Source: Candidatus Adlerbacteria bacterium (GTDB lineage: Bacteria; Patescibacteriota; Minisyncoccia; Phycocordibacterales; SBAW01). Taken from it: a stretch of DNA of 64,000 bases. Of the stretch, positions 29,724-39,799 are shown one piece after another. A program made the position numbers and the translations under genes. Every line of letters begins with the position of its first letter. The first letter of the stretch is position 1. Under the pieces are notes generated by a model. The model was given only the letters and a program-made list of their open reading frames with translations, had not been told where the DNA came from and did not search any database. Location: contig JAPLUW010000002.1 of the NCBI GenBank assembly GCA_026397405.1, forward strand, positions 40,214-104,213, in the 5' to 3' direction.

Positions 29724-30704
29724 CTACTTAAGGATGATGCCGAAGTTTGCAAGTGCGCGTTTAACTTCCTGAATTGACTTGGGTCCCAAGCCTTCAACTT
29801 CGAGCAGGTCGCTTTCTTTCTTGCGAGCAAGACCTCCAACGGTGCGGATGTTTGCTTTTTCGAGGGCAGAAATGGTGCGTGCTGAAAAGTCCAAGTCTTC
29901 AATACGGGTCTTCAAGGCTTCTGCAGAGCTGTCTGCATTTGCAGCAGACGCATCAGTGGTGCTTGCAGGAACAGCCGCTTGTGAGCCTGGGAGTTCTTCC
30001 TCACGGAAGCCAACAATAGCCTTAAGCTGGGTTATCATAACCTCAATTGCCTGTTCAAGCGAGGCACGTGGGGTAATGGTGCCGTCGGTCTCAATAGAGA
30101 TGCGGAGGCGGTTATAGTCGGTGCGGTCACCAACACGCATGTTTTCTACTTCGTAGTTTACGCGGCGGATAGGTGAAAATATTGCATCGACAGAAATTTC
30201 ACCGATTTCAACACGGTCTTTTTTAAGCGCTTCGCGCGGTACGTAGCCAAGGCCGCGCTCAATGCGGAACTCTGCTTCAAAGTTTGCATTTTTGTCGGTC
30301 AACTCACAGATGTATGAGTTTGGGTTGAGGAGGCGGACCTGGCCAGGCACGGTCAATTCGGCACCAGAGACTTTCTTTGGGCCAGTAGCTTTGATAGTGA
30401 CAGTCTGCGCTTCCGAAGTGAGCATTTCGAAACGGAGCTTCTTCAAGTTCAAAAGGATAGTAACAACGTCTTCGCGGACGCTGTCCATGGTCGAAAATTC
30501 GTGCTCAACACCTTCGATTTTAACAGAGGTAATTGCGGCGCCTGGGAGGGATGAAAGTATGATGCGGCGCAAGCTGTTGCCCAAGGTATGACCGTAGCCC
30601 GGATAGAGGCCGTCTATCTCGTAGGTGCCCGAGTGCTCCTCTTCGGCAGTGACGCGGGGCTTGCTTGGCAATGTGATTGAATATTCCATCATACGCAAAT
30701 ACAA
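29724..30704 (-). CDS. rpoA: DNA-directed RNA polymerase subunit alpha
   Basis: N-terminal dimerisation domain (GYGHTLGNSLRRILLSS) and alpha-CTD. 326 aa. Confidence 0.9.
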   Translation of the reverse strand: MYLRMMEYSITLPSKPRVTAEEEHSGTYEIDGLYPGYGHTLGNSLRRIILSSLPGAAITSVKIEGVEHEFSTMDSVREDVVTILLNLKKLRFEMLTSEAQTVTIKATGPKKVSGAELTVPGQVRLLNPNSYICELTDKNANFEAEFRIERGLGYVPREALKKDRVEIGEISVDAIFSPIRRVNYEVENMRVGDRTDYNRLRISIETDGTITPRASLEQAIEVMITQLKAIVGFREEELPGSQAAVPASTTDASAANADSSAEALKTRIEDLDFSARTISALEKANIRTVGGLARKKESDLLEVEGLGPKSIQEVKRALANFGIILK

Positions 30705-30732
30705 AATTACTTATTAATTCTTAACAACATTA

Positions 30733-31344
30733 TTAACGGCTGTAGAACTGGATGATAACCGCGGCGTTAAATGGAAGTTCCGTTTCAGAAAGGCTAGGGA
30801 AGGCGGAAATTTTGAGCGACAGACCTCCCTCTTCCATCTGCATCCAGTGAGGAGTCTTAATGTCGGCAAGCTGCTCTGCGCGGCCCAAAAACAATGGTGA
30901 TGTGCGGGACTCTTGGCGTACTGACACAACGTCTCCAACTGACACACAGTAGGAAGGGATTGTCATACGGCGGCCGTTAACCACAACATGGCCGTGGCTT
31001 ACAAGCTGGCGTGCTGCACGGCGGGTTTTAACCAAGCCTGCGCGGTAGATAACGTTGTCCAGGCGGCTTTCCAAACGTACGAGCAAAGCCGAAGAGCTTT
31101 CCTTGCCCTTTTTTTCCATAGCTTCGTGCACGTAACGTGAAAACTGGCTTTCAGTAAGGCCGTACGTAAAACGAGCTTTTTGTTTTTCCAAAAGTTGCGC
31201 ACCGAAGTCGCTATTGCCGCCACGCTTTGGGCGAGAACGACGTGGAGCGCGTGCTTCCGCAAGCTGGAACTTTTGCGTTTGGCATTTTTCAAATACCGAA
31301 GCGCCCAAGCGTTTGCAGATTTTGTATTTTGGTCCAACTAACAT
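30733..31344 (-). CDS. rpsD: 30S ribosomal protein S4
   Basis: MLVGPKYKICKRLG...S4 domain RLDNVIYRAGL. Confidence 0.9.
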   Translation of the reverse strand: MLVGPKYKICKRLGASVFEKCQTQKFQLAEARAPRRSRPKRGGNSDFGAQLLEKQKARFTYGLTESQFSRYVHEAMEKKGKESSSALLVRLESRLDNVIYRAGLVKTRRAARQLVSHGHVVVNGRRMTIPSYCVSVGDVVSVRQESRTSPLFLGRAEQLADIKTPHWMQMEEGGLSLKISAFPSLSETELPFNAAVIIQFYSR

Positions 31345-31369
31345 ATAGAATAATTAAAAAATGTGATGT

Positions 31370-31798
31370 TTATACGCGGCGAGGTTTTGGTGGCTTCGGA
31401 CCGTTGTGGGGCACAGGGGTTGTGTCTTTGATACCACTAATGTGGATACCCTTGCTTGCGAACGCGCGTATAGCCGACTCGCGGCCAGCACCAACGCCCG
31501 ACACAACTACTGACACTTCCTTAAGACCCATACCAGCGCCTTTGTCGGCAAGCAATTCGCCTACCTTGGCTGCTGCAAAAGGGGTGCCTTTTTTAGCACC
31601 TGCAAAGCCAAGCGAGCCAGACGACGACCACGCAACAACATTACCCTTAGGATCTGTAATAGACACCTTAGTGTTGTTGTAGGTAGCTTCAACATACAGC
31701 ATACCTGCATCGAGTTTGCGGCGTGACGCGCGTGCTGAAGAGCCGCGGCCCCCTGCCCCCTCGTCGCCTCCTTTTTTGACTATACGTTTCTTACCCAT
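31370..31798 (-). CDS. rpsK: 30S ribosomal protein S11
   Basis: The C-terminal IKDTTPVPHNGPKPPKPRRV is the S11 signature. Confidence 0.9.
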   Translation of the reverse strand: MGKKRIVKKGGDEGAGGRGSSARASRRKLDAGMLYVEATYNNTKVSITDPKGNVVAWSSSGSLGFAGAKKGTPFAAAKVGELLADKGAGMGLKEVSVVVSGVGAGRESAIRAFASKGIHISGIKDTTPVPHNGPKPPKPRRV

Positions 31799-31828
31799 AG
31801 GAATGTCTTAGTGGTTATACAATATATT

Positions 31829-32206
31829 TTACGTTTTTTCAACCTTGCGACGACCGCTACCCATGGTCTTGCGAACGTTGCCGCGGATAGTGCGTGAGTT
31901 GGTCTTGGTGCGCTGGCCCCGTGCTGGGAGGCGCTTGCTGTGGCGTGTGCCACGGTACGCACCGATGTCTTTCAAGCGTTTGATGTTTCCCGCGACTTCG
32001 CGCTTCAAGTCACCTTCAAGTTTGTATGTTTCAACAATGCGGCGGATTTCGTTTTCTTCTTCGGCGGTCAAGTCGTCCGCTTTTTTCATCGGGTCGATCT
32101 TGGTTTGTTCGCAAATGTAGATAGCGCGTGCATTACCAATGCCATAGAGCGCAGTTAATGCAAATACAACGTGTTTGTTTGGAAGTGTAATACCTGAGAT
32201 ACGCAT
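31829..32206 (-). CDS. rpsM: 30S ribosomal protein S13
   Basis: MRISGITLPNKHVVFALTALYGIG is the S13 N-terminus. The track's upstream extension was rejected because it overlaps rpmJ. Confidence 0.9.
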   Translation of the reverse strand: MRISGITLPNKHVVFALTALYGIGNARAIYICEQTKIDPMKKADDLTAEEENEIRRIVETYKLEGDLKREVAGNIKRLKDIGAYRGTRHSKRLPARGQRTKTNSRTIRGNVRKTMGSGRRKVEKT

Positions 32207-32214
32207 ATATAAAT

Positions 32215-32328
32215 TTAGCCTTGGCGCTGCTTGTGGCGCGGGTTGCTGCAAATAACATAGACCCGCCCTTTCCGGCGGAGCATCTTGCAATTTGCACAAC
32301 GTACTTTAAGGGATGCTTTTACTTTCAT
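32215..32328 (-). CDS. rpmJ: 50S ribosomal protein L36 (37 aa; below ORF-track cutoff)
   Basis: Hand translation [37 protein letters not shown], with the C-x2-C...C...H zinc ribbon. Confidence 0.85.
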   Translation of the reverse strand: MKVKASLKVRCANCKMLRRKGRVYVICSNPRHKQRQG

Positions 32329-32341
32329 TTGGTTTCTGCTT

Positions 32342-32551
32342 TTACAGTCTGCGTGTGATGCGGCCTTTGCCTCCGTACGGGTCTAACTTTACCAGAACTT
32401 TGTCCCCTACCAGCACTTTAATGCGATGTAAGCGCATCTTGCCGGCGAGGTACGTTAATATCACTTCTCCACTTTCGAGAGATACCCGAAATAAGGTATT
32501 AGGTAGGGCTTCTTCTACGACACCCTGGACTTCTGGTATAGCATTCTCCAT
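32342..32551 (-). CDS. infA: translation initiation factor IF-1
   Basis: 69 aa S1-like OB fold. [24 protein letters not shown]...GRITRRL. Confidence 0.9.
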   Translation of the reverse strand: MENAIPEVQGVVEEALPNTLFRVSLESGEVILTYLAGKMRLHRIKVLVGDKVLVKLDPYGGKGRITRRL

Positions 32552-32616
32552 TACCTAAGCGACGCGGGTCATAATAGCAGAACCTCCTTTTGTAGTCAAT
32601 ATTTCCTTGTGCATAG

Positions 32617-33897
32617 CTACTTTTTTATGCTAACAGACAGCTCTTTTTCGTCTGTCGGGAAGGTCGATTTCCAGAACGGACGGATGCTGGCTTCGGCTTT
32701 TACAATAGCAGGTGCAAAGGTTTCAACAATACCCTCGAAGTCTTTTTTGTTCTTGCCCAGCAAGGTTTGTATAAGTGCGTTCTGGTCAAACTGCCAGACA
32801 AGTACTGGGGAGCCTTCAAGCACCACGGTAAGTGCGCCTGTGTTTGTTTTTGGGCTGCTACTTGCCACTGCTAACGTGATAGTCTTTTCTGGATCAAATT
32901 GTACTGCTTCGCCTGCGTACCCTTCTACAAGCAACTTAGCTAGAGTTGTTGCCAAGTCGCTGCGGCTAACCATAACGGCAACGACGTTAGCAGTTTGTGA
33001 AAGTGAGACGTTCCGACCTTCGCCCGCAACTGCAGTGATTTCGCTGAAGGTTGTTGTAAGGGAATTTTGTACGCCTTCAAAACCACTTGGGACGGCAGCT
33101 GCAAGCGCGCCGGTAAGCGACGTGTCGAGCTGCTGTTTTAACAAATCCCCAGCTTTTTGCATGTCGGCTGCGGACACTGCTGGCTGTTCGCCAACAAATC
33201 CTCCACTTATAGCTCCATTCGACTGTGCCGAAAACTTGGTGTACCGAGGGTCGCCCTTAAACCCGGGTATGGTAAACGTTGTAGCGTCGGTGCGGTTATA
33301 TTCTGGCCCAGCAACGTCCGCGTATACAGTAGTAGTAACAGAACCTGGCGTAAGAGCTCCGCCAGCCACTTTAGTAGCCCCGGGCACTTTTATAGGGCTG
33401 TGTATTTTGTATATTTTGCCATCAGGTGCTTGGAAGCGAGTGTTTGTTACGAGCGCTTGGTCAGCCGTACTGTATGCGTTGTAGATAGTTACGACACCAC
33501 TTGCCTGCTTAGACACGTGCTGTGTGCCAGAGGCTACTGCAGTGGTTGTTGCCGTCTGCGAAAAGGAGACTGTTTGGTACCCCAGCGTGCCTGCCGGTGC
33601 ATTTGGTAATGCCAAGAAACTTGCAGGAGGGTTTATAACTTGAGTTTTTGGATAAATAACAACAGAGGCGCCTTGGAAAAAAGTTGAAAGTAGTAGCCCG
33701 GCTAGTACGCATATAGTAACAACTGCCAACCCCCACCACAAAAGTGTGCGCGAACGTTTTGACTTGTGACGTTTTGGGAGCGGTATATCTTCTTCAAACC
33801 GCTCGTCTGGCGGTGGTGGAGCTGTTCTGCGATGATGCCCGGCCGAGACAGAAACATTGCGTATAGAGCGTTCGTTTGGTGGGGTCATATCTTGCAT
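32617..33897 (-). CDS. hypothetical bitopic membrane protein (cytoplasmic basic N-terminus, one TM, large T/S/A-rich extracytoplasmic domain)
   Basis: 426 aa with TM helix LLWWGLAVVTICVLAGLLL. No motif recognised. Confidence 0.45.
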   Translation of the reverse strand: MQDMTPPNERSIRNVSVSAGHHRRTAPPPPDERFEEDIPLPKRHKSKRSRTLLWWGLAVVTICVLAGLLLSTFFQGASVVIYPKTQVINPPASFLALPNAPAGTLGYQTVSFSQTATTTAVASGTQHVSKQASGVVTIYNAYSTADQALVTNTRFQAPDGKIYKIHSPIKVPGATKVAGGALTPGSVTTTVYADVAGPEYNRTDATTFTIPGFKGDPRYTKFSAQSNGAISGGFVGEQPAVSAADMQKAGDLLKQQLDTSLTGALAAAVPSGFEGVQNSLTTTFSEITAVAGEGRNVSLSQTANVVAVMVSRSDLATTLAKLLVEGYAGEAVQFDPEKTITLAVASSSPKTNTGALTVVLEGSPVLVWQFDQNALIQTLLGKNKKDFEGIVETFAPAIVKAEASIRPFWKSTFPTDEKELSVSIKK

Positions 33898-33912
33898 GTT
33901 GTTAATTATATA

Positions 33913-34890
33913 CTAGTTCCTTTCGTCGATAAAAAGTGCCTCTAACATAAAAATAAGGTCGGGTTTTGACGCGTGCGCGGCCAAGTACGGCATTAAGTGG
34001 TGAGTGTGCAATGCACGGACAGTTGTACCTTCGGCAAAGAGGTCGGTAAGTGGCTCGTGCCCTGCAAGTGCCTGGGCTGCCCATTCCCCCACAGGTTCGG
34101 CTGCTATAACTAAAATACCGCGCACATCTTTATGCTGGTTCATGGCAAGGGTGACATCTTTAAAATGGCGCGCAAACTGGGTTGCTGCTGCGGACAAGGG
34201 TTCTTTTGCGGCGTGGTGCGAGCCCTGCCCCGCGTTTCGACTGAGAGAAAGTGCCGAATGTGCTTCGGCTGTGCTTAAGCCTCCATGCGACTGCAATGTG
34301 CGTATTAAAAACTGCTTCCCTGTGGGGATTGTTGCGCGGCCTTGTATGCGACCGTCTTGTAAAAAGGCGAGTTCAGTAATTTCCCCGGTGACGGTGCACA
34401 ACAACAAGCCGCTGCCGTCTTCAAATAATTTGTTTGTTGTGTGTGTTGCGGCAGAGCCCAAGGCATGGAATGTGACACGCAACAGCCCAAAAACATCCTC
34501 TACAGCAGTTTGAACCATGTCGGTTACGTCTGGTTCAAAATTCCAGCGCAGGCCTTTGGTGTGTGCAACGCTGTCGGCCCACGGTGGTGCTAAAAACACG
34601 ACCGCTTCGGTAACCACACCCATAGTTCCTAGCTGCGTGTGCCCGCGCATGCGTGCGGCAGTGGTGCTTGCATGCAACAGTGCTGCGCGGAGGTTTTTGT
34701 TTATTTCGCGCAGAAGAGCGTCAGTTTGCAGTGTTGTAAAAATAGGGAGCGCCGTACGGACTTCTGCAAAAAGTTTTGGTTGTTGCCCGGGAGACACCCG
34801 CACAAGCGCACACCCAACGGACGCATTTTCAATATCAACGACGAGTATCGTTTTTTCTTCCAATTTTTTTGTACCAAAGAGCCCCGCCAT
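33913..34890 (-). CDS. actin-like ATPase-fold (ASKHA) protein, PilM/FtsA-like
   Basis: The N-terminus GLFGTKKLEEKTILVVDIENASVGCALVRV resembles the PilM N-terminal phosphate-1 region. 325 aa. This is a weak call. Confidence 0.35.
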   Translation of the reverse strand: MAGLFGTKKLEEKTILVVDIENASVGCALVRVSPGQQPKLFAEVRTALPIFTTLQTDALLREINKNLRAALLHASTTAARMRGHTQLGTMGVVTEAVVFLAPPWADSVAHTKGLRWNFEPDVTDMVQTAVEDVFGLLRVTFHALGSAATHTTNKLFEDGSGLLLCTVTGEITELAFLQDGRIQGRATIPTGKQFLIRTLQSHGGLSTAEAHSALSLSRNAGQGSHHAAKEPLSAAATQFARHFKDVTLAMNQHKDVRGILVIAAEPVGEWAAQALAGHEPLTDLFAEGTTVRALHTHHLMPYLAAHASKPDLIFMLEALFIDERN

Positions 34891-34914
34891 GCCCTTTAGT
34901 ATACACCGCAGTTT

Positions 34915-36795
34915 TTATTCAAGTACTGCTTTTATGCGGCGGACACCTTGTGCGACAGCCTCTTCTTTTTGGATTTTAAATACAGAGCCGGACTTCAACA
35001 GCTCGCCAGTATGTTCCACGTGTGGGCCGCCACAAAATTCGATTGAAAACGCACTGTCGAGCGGCCCGACAGAATAGACAGAGACACGTTCGGGATATTT
35101 TGCACCAAATTCGTGTTCTGCTCCGAGCTTGTCAGCTTCTTCGAGCGACATTTCAGTGCGGACAACAGGAATATCTTCCTGGATTTTTTCGTTTACGATG
35201 CGTTCCACTTCCCGCTTTTGCTCATCGGTCATCTTTCCTACGTAATTAAAGTCGATACGCAAACGCTCCTGCGTAATGTTGCTGCCACGCTGGTGCACTT
35301 CTGGCCCAAGCACCAACTGCAGTGCTTTAAGCAAAATATGGTGTGCAGTATGCAAACGAACGGTCTTTTCTGCAGTGTCGGCAAGCCCGCCCTTAAATTT
35401 TTGCTCGGAACCTGAACGCGAAAGGTCCTGATGCTGTTTAAGCAGTTCTTTAAACCCTTCAATATCTATTTGTTTAATCCCTTTCTCGCCTGCCTCTTCG
35501 ATAATAAGCTCCAGTGGGAAGCCGTACGTTGTGACAAGTTGGTATGCATCTTGTGCAGACAAATTTCCTTGCCCGATAAAACGTTCGAACTCTTTCATTC
35601 CGCGGCTCAAAGTGGTACGGAAGCGTTCCTCTTCGTCACCGATTACTTTTTCAATCTCTTCAGCCTTTGTGCCAATGTCTGGGTAGGCATCTTTATACAT
35701 GTCGACAACGGGGCGCACTATTTTTGCAAAACTTGCGACGTTAATACCAAGCTTGTCGGCTTGTCGGACACTCCGGCGGATAAGACGGCGCACAAAGTAG
35801 CCTTGGTCGGCATTGCTTGGCAGCACACCGTCGGCAATAAGAAAGACAGCAGCTTTCATATGGTCTGCAATAATACGGAAGCTCCGTTTGTCGCTCGCGT
35901 ATGTTTTTTTTGAAATTTCTTCCAAATACGAAAGTATCGTCGCATGCGCTACAGGAAATACATCCGAACTATTCATAACTGCGGCTGCAATACGCTCTAA
36001 CCCCGAGCCATGGTCAATGTTTGGGTGTTCAAGGGGGGTAAACGTACTCGCGTCTTCCTTGCGATACGCCATAAACACGTTGTTCCCTATTTCCATAAAG
36101 CGGCCGCAGTCGCAGTTTGGGTGGCAGTGTTCGCCAAACTTGGTGTCATGCTCGACATCGGTAAATTCGTAGAACATTTCCGAGTCTGGGCCACAAGGGT
36201 CGCCAACGGGAGTAGTTTCCGGGCCTGTTTTGCCGCGGTTCCACCAATTTTTTTTGCCTTCGTAGTAAAAAATGCGCTCGCCCGGCTTCATACCACGCTT
36301 GTAACCGTTCTCTTCGGTATCGATATCCGCTATCTGAGCCTCAATGCCTTTTTGAGTAAAAAGTTTTTGCCACAGCTCAGCAGCTTCGGTGTCTTTTGAA
36401 ATACCGTACTCCGGTGCGCCGATAAAGCAGGTTATGTAGAGATGGTTTGCATCGAGTCCAAGTTCGTTTACAAGAAACTCAAACATCCACGGAATCTGTT
36501 CTTGCTTAAAGTAGTCACCAAGCGACCAGTTGCCGAGCATTTCGAAAAAGGTGGTGTGCCGGTTGTCCCCCACCTCTTCAATGTCCATAGAACGGAAGCA
36601 TTTTTGTGAGTCGACAAGACGTGCTCCCGCAGGGTGATTTTTACCCAAAAGGTACGGCACCAAAGGCTGCATGCCGGAGCCGGTAAACAAGGTCGTCGGG
36701 TCGTTTTGGGGTACGAGACTAGACGACGGAATAACCACGTGTCCGTGGGCTTTAAAAAACTCCAAATATTTCTGCCGAACCTCGTGTAAGGTCAT
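34915..36795 (-). CDS. alaS: alanine--tRNA ligase, short form lacking the C-terminal C-Ala domain
   Basis: The N-terminus MTLHEVRQKYLEFFKAHGHVVIPSSSLVPQNDPTTLFTGSGMQP is the AlaRS catalytic core. HTAHHIL...editing domain HxxxH and a downstream CxxxH are present. 626 aa ends soon after the editing domain. Confidence 0.85.
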   Translation of the reverse strand: MTLHEVRQKYLEFFKAHGHVVIPSSSLVPQNDPTTLFTGSGMQPLVPYLLGKNHPAGARLVDSQKCFRSMDIEEVGDNRHTTFFEMLGNWSLGDYFKQEQIPWMFEFLVNELGLDANHLYITCFIGAPEYGISKDTEAAELWQKLFTQKGIEAQIADIDTEENGYKRGMKPGERIFYYEGKKNWWNRGKTGPETTPVGDPCGPDSEMFYEFTDVEHDTKFGEHCHPNCDCGRFMEIGNNVFMAYRKEDASTFTPLEHPNIDHGSGLERIAAAVMNSSDVFPVAHATILSYLEEISKKTYASDKRSFRIIADHMKAAVFLIADGVLPSNADQGYFVRRLIRRSVRQADKLGINVASFAKIVRPVVDMYKDAYPDIGTKAEEIEKVIGDEEERFRTTLSRGMKEFERFIGQGNLSAQDAYQLVTTYGFPLELIIEEAGEKGIKQIDIEGFKELLKQHQDLSRSGSEQKFKGGLADTAEKTVRLHTAHHILLKALQLVLGPEVHQRGSNITQERLRIDFNYVGKMTDEQKREVERIVNEKIQEDIPVVRTEMSLEEADKLGAEHEFGAKYPERVSVYSVGPLDSAFSIEFCGGPHVEHTGELLKSGSVFKIQKEEAVAQGVRRIKAVLE

Positions 36796-36843
36796 TTCAG
36801 TATCCTATCAATTTATAAGCATTTTGGGTATCATCAAACACAT

Positions 36844-38781
36844 ATGAAAAACTGGGGATTTGATGGAAAAAACATAGATATCAGCGTTCGCCCACAGGAC
36901 GATTTTTATCAATACGCGAACGGTGGTTGGATCAAGAAGACAAAGATCCCTCCAGAAGAGGCGTGGTGGGGCAGTTTTAACATGCTTCGATTTGATACCG
37001 AACATAAGCTTAAAAACCTTATGGACGCTTTGCTTAAAAAGAAATCCTACCCAAAAGGAAGCGCTGAACAGATGGTCTCTGATTATTATCGGGCGGCAAT
37101 TGATATGCCGGCCCGTAACAAGTTAGGAATTACTCCCCTTGCGCCGATGCGTGCAAAGATTGCACAAATTACTTCACAAGACACGTTGCTTCAAACGCTT
37201 GCATACCTGCACAAAGAGGGGGTGTCGGGTGTATGGAATTCCTTTGTTGATCAGGATTCTAAAAACAGTGCGAAATATATTTTGCACTTATGGCAAGGTG
37301 GTTTGGGGTTGCCTGAACGCGACTACTACTTAAAAGATGAGCCAGAGCAAAAGCGTGTACGAGATGCCTATGTTGTGCATATAGAAAAGTTGTTGAAGCT
37401 CGCAGGTTTCTCAAAGAATAGTATTGACCGCTCACAAGAGGTTGTGATGCGCATTGAAACACGGCTCGCGAAGGCCTCTATGAAAAAAGAAGACGCCCGT
37501 GACCCAGAAAAGCTCTATCACAAAGTACGTCTTACTCCATTTTGGAAAGAGTATTTTGCTCGCATAGGTGCAAAAGACGTTCAGAATGTGATTGTCGGTC
37601 AGCCTGAATTTTTTACAGAAGCTTTAGGGATGCTTAAAGAAGTGTCACTTGCCGATTGGAAGGTGTACCTCGAATGGCATCTTATCAACGACTTTGCTGG
37701 CAGTTTGTCGGAAGCTTTTGTAAAAGAGAACTTCCGTTTCTACTCGCAGGTTATGTACGGCACCAAAAAGATGAAACCGCTGTGGCGTCGCGCGCTCGGT
37801 TCAACTAATGGCGCATTGGGTGAACCCTTTGGCAAGCTTTATGTTGCTGAATATTTTCCTGCCGAGGCTAAGAAAAAGATGGACGCTCTGGTGAGCGACT
37901 TGTTTGATGTGTACGAGGAGCGGATGCAAGAGCTTGATTGGATGAGTCCTGCTACGAAGAAAAAAGCGACTAAAAAACTCCGCGCTATTAGCCGCAAAAT
38001 TGGATATCCAAACAAGTGGGATATGTATAAGGGCGTTGTAATTATGCCTGATGACTATTTCGGCAACATTGAACGAGTGCATGCTCATAGCTATAAAAAA
38101 ACTCTCGCAAAACTAAAGAAAAGTGTAGACCGCGACGAGTGGTTTATGTCACCACAAACAGTTAACGCGTATTGCAGTCAAACATTGAACGATATCGCCT
38201 TCCCTGCTGCCATTTTGCAATGGCCATTCTTTGACCTCTCTGCAGACGACGCGCTGAACTATGCAGGTATAGGTACTGTTATTGGCCACGAGATGACACA
38301 CGCCTTTGACGACAACGGCGCAAAGTTCGATATCAATGGGAATATGAAAAACTGGTGGACCCCCGCTGATAAGAAAAAATTTGAAGCAAAAGCAAAGCTT
38401 GTTGTGGGCCAAGCAAATGCACATGAAGTACAGCCTGGCGTAAACATGAGCGGGCAGCTTACGCTTGGTGAAAATATTGCCGACCTTGGAGGACTTGTTA
38501 TCGGTTGGGACGCGTATCAAAAACATCTAGATAAAACAGGGAGAAAGATTGTGGGAGGTTTGTCACCAGAGATGCGCTTCTTTTTGGCATTTGCCCAAAT
38601 GGAGAGGACTATCGCACGTCCAGAAATTCGTAAAATGCGTGCACTCACAGACCCGCACGGCGACGCCCCGTTCCGTATCAATGGGCCGCTTTCAAACTTC
38701 GAACCGTTCTATGAAGTCTATGGGGTTACGCAGGGTGACAAACTCTATCGCGAGCCCGCTAAACGCGCCAAGATTTGGTAA
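36844..38781 (+). CDS. pepO: M13 family zinc metallopeptidase (neprilysin/PepO-like)
   Basis: HEMTHAFD (HExxH) and the downstream GENIADLGG E motif. 645 aa. Confidence 0.85.
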   Translation: MKNWGFDGKNIDISVRPQDDFYQYANGGWIKKTKIPPEEAWWGSFNMLRFDTEHKLKNLMDALLKKKSYPKGSAEQMVSDYYRAAIDMPARNKLGITPLAPMRAKIAQITSQDTLLQTLAYLHKEGVSGVWNSFVDQDSKNSAKYILHLWQGGLGLPERDYYLKDEPEQKRVRDAYVVHIEKLLKLAGFSKNSIDRSQEVVMRIETRLAKASMKKEDARDPEKLYHKVRLTPFWKEYFARIGAKDVQNVIVGQPEFFTEALGMLKEVSLADWKVYLEWHLINDFAGSLSEAFVKENFRFYSQVMYGTKKMKPLWRRALGSTNGALGEPFGKLYVAEYFPAEAKKKMDALVSDLFDVYEERMQELDWMSPATKKKATKKLRAISRKIGYPNKWDMYKGVVIMPDDYFGNIERVHAHSYKKTLAKLKKSVDRDEWFMSPQTVNAYCSQTLNDIAFPAAILQWPFFDLSADDALNYAGIGTVIGHEMTHAFDDNGAKFDINGNMKNWWTPADKKKFEAKAKLVVGQANAHEVQPGVNMSGQLTLGENIADLGGLVIGWDAYQKHLDKTGRKIVGGLSPEMRFFLAFAQMERTIARPEIRKMRALTDPHGDAPFRINGPLSNFEPFYEVYGVTQGDKLYREPAKRAKIW

Positions 38782-38790
38782 AGTAGCCGC

Positions 38791-39495
38791 ATGACAGAGG
38801 TGACACAGAATATAAAAATTCCAGCCAGTTGGAAGGAACTTGTGTCGGCTGAATTTGAAAAACCGTATTTTAAAGAATTAACTGCAAAAGTAAAAAAAGA
38901 ATATTTGTCGAGTAGCGTATTTCCTCACCCATCTAAAATTTTCCGTGCATTCGACTACTTTGACCCCAAAGACACAAAAGTGGTTATTTTGGGCCAAGAT
39001 CCCTACCATACGCCTGGTGTTGCACACGGTCTTTCTTTTTCGACCGAAAGCACAAACCCAGTTCCTCCGTCGCTGCAAAATATTTTTAAAGAAATTGAAC
39101 TAGAGTATGGCATAAATTCCGCCAGAGGCGGATCCGCCTCTGGCGGAAAAAACCCTGACTTAACACGCTGGGCCAAGCAGGGCGTGTTACTGCTAAACGC
39201 GTCACTTACGGTAAAAGCAGGTCTTGCAAATTCGCATGCTGACTACGGCTGGCACTTGTTTACCGACGCGGTTATCAAAGCACTTTCTGAAAAACACGAA
39301 CATATTGTCTTTATGCTCTGGGGCGCATTTGCCGCCAAAAAAGAAATTGAAATAGACTCTACTCGGCACAATATATTAAAAGCCCCACATCCGTCCCCGC
39401 TTTCTGCCCATCGCGGCTTCTTGGGCTGCAACCACTTCAAACTTGCAAACGAGTATTTAAAACAACACGGACGTGGAGAAATTGACTGGAAATAG
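38791..39495 (+). CDS. ung: uracil-DNA glycosylase (family 1)
   Basis: Water-activating loop VVILGQDPYH, PPSL and a C-terminal HPSPLSA. 234 aa. Confidence 0.85.
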   Translation: MTEVTQNIKIPASWKELVSAEFEKPYFKELTAKVKKEYLSSSVFPHPSKIFRAFDYFDPKDTKVVILGQDPYHTPGVAHGLSFSTESTNPVPPSLQNIFKEIELEYGINSARGGSASGGKNPDLTRWAKQGVLLLNASLTVKAGLANSHADYGWHLFTDAVIKALSEKHEHIVFMLWGAFAAKKEIEIDSTRHNILKAPHPSPLSAHRGFLGCNHFKLANEYLKQHGRGEIDWK

Positions 39496-39496
39496 A

Positions 39497-39799
39497 TTAT
39501 TTCTTTTTCGGTTTTGAAACTTTAAGAGCTCCTTCTTCCTCTAGTAGTTTTTGTTTGCGGAAAGCGCCGCCGCGGTTGTAGTCGCCCACTTTTCCGTCCG
39601 CACGTATCACCCGGTGGCAGGGCACTTTTTCATCAAAATTTTTAGACATAATATAGCCCACTGCACGTGCGGCGCCCGACTTGCCGGCTTTCTTTGCAAC
39701 CTCTCCGTAGGTCATGGTCTTGCCTTTTGGAATTTTGGAAACAACTGCACGGACTGCAATAGCAAATTTAGAAGAGGGTATTTGTTGTAGGGTTCTCAT
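39497..39799 (-). CDS. methylated-DNA--protein-cysteine methyltransferase DNA-binding-domain protein (MGMT/Ogt-like)
   Basis: YGEVA...PCHRVI active-site cysteine motif. Only 100 aa, so it is the C-terminal domain alone. Confidence 0.7.
   Translation of the reverse strand: MRTLQQIPSSKFAIAVRAVVSKIPKGKTMTYGEVAKKAGKSGAARAVGYIMSKNFDEKVPCHRVIRADGKVGDYNRGGAFRKQKLLEEEGALKVSKPKKK

Noticed and set aside
32609-33484. 291-aa plus-strand ORF
   Set aside because: It is antisense to the 426-aa minus-strand gene. The minus frame is longer, continuous, and has TM topology.
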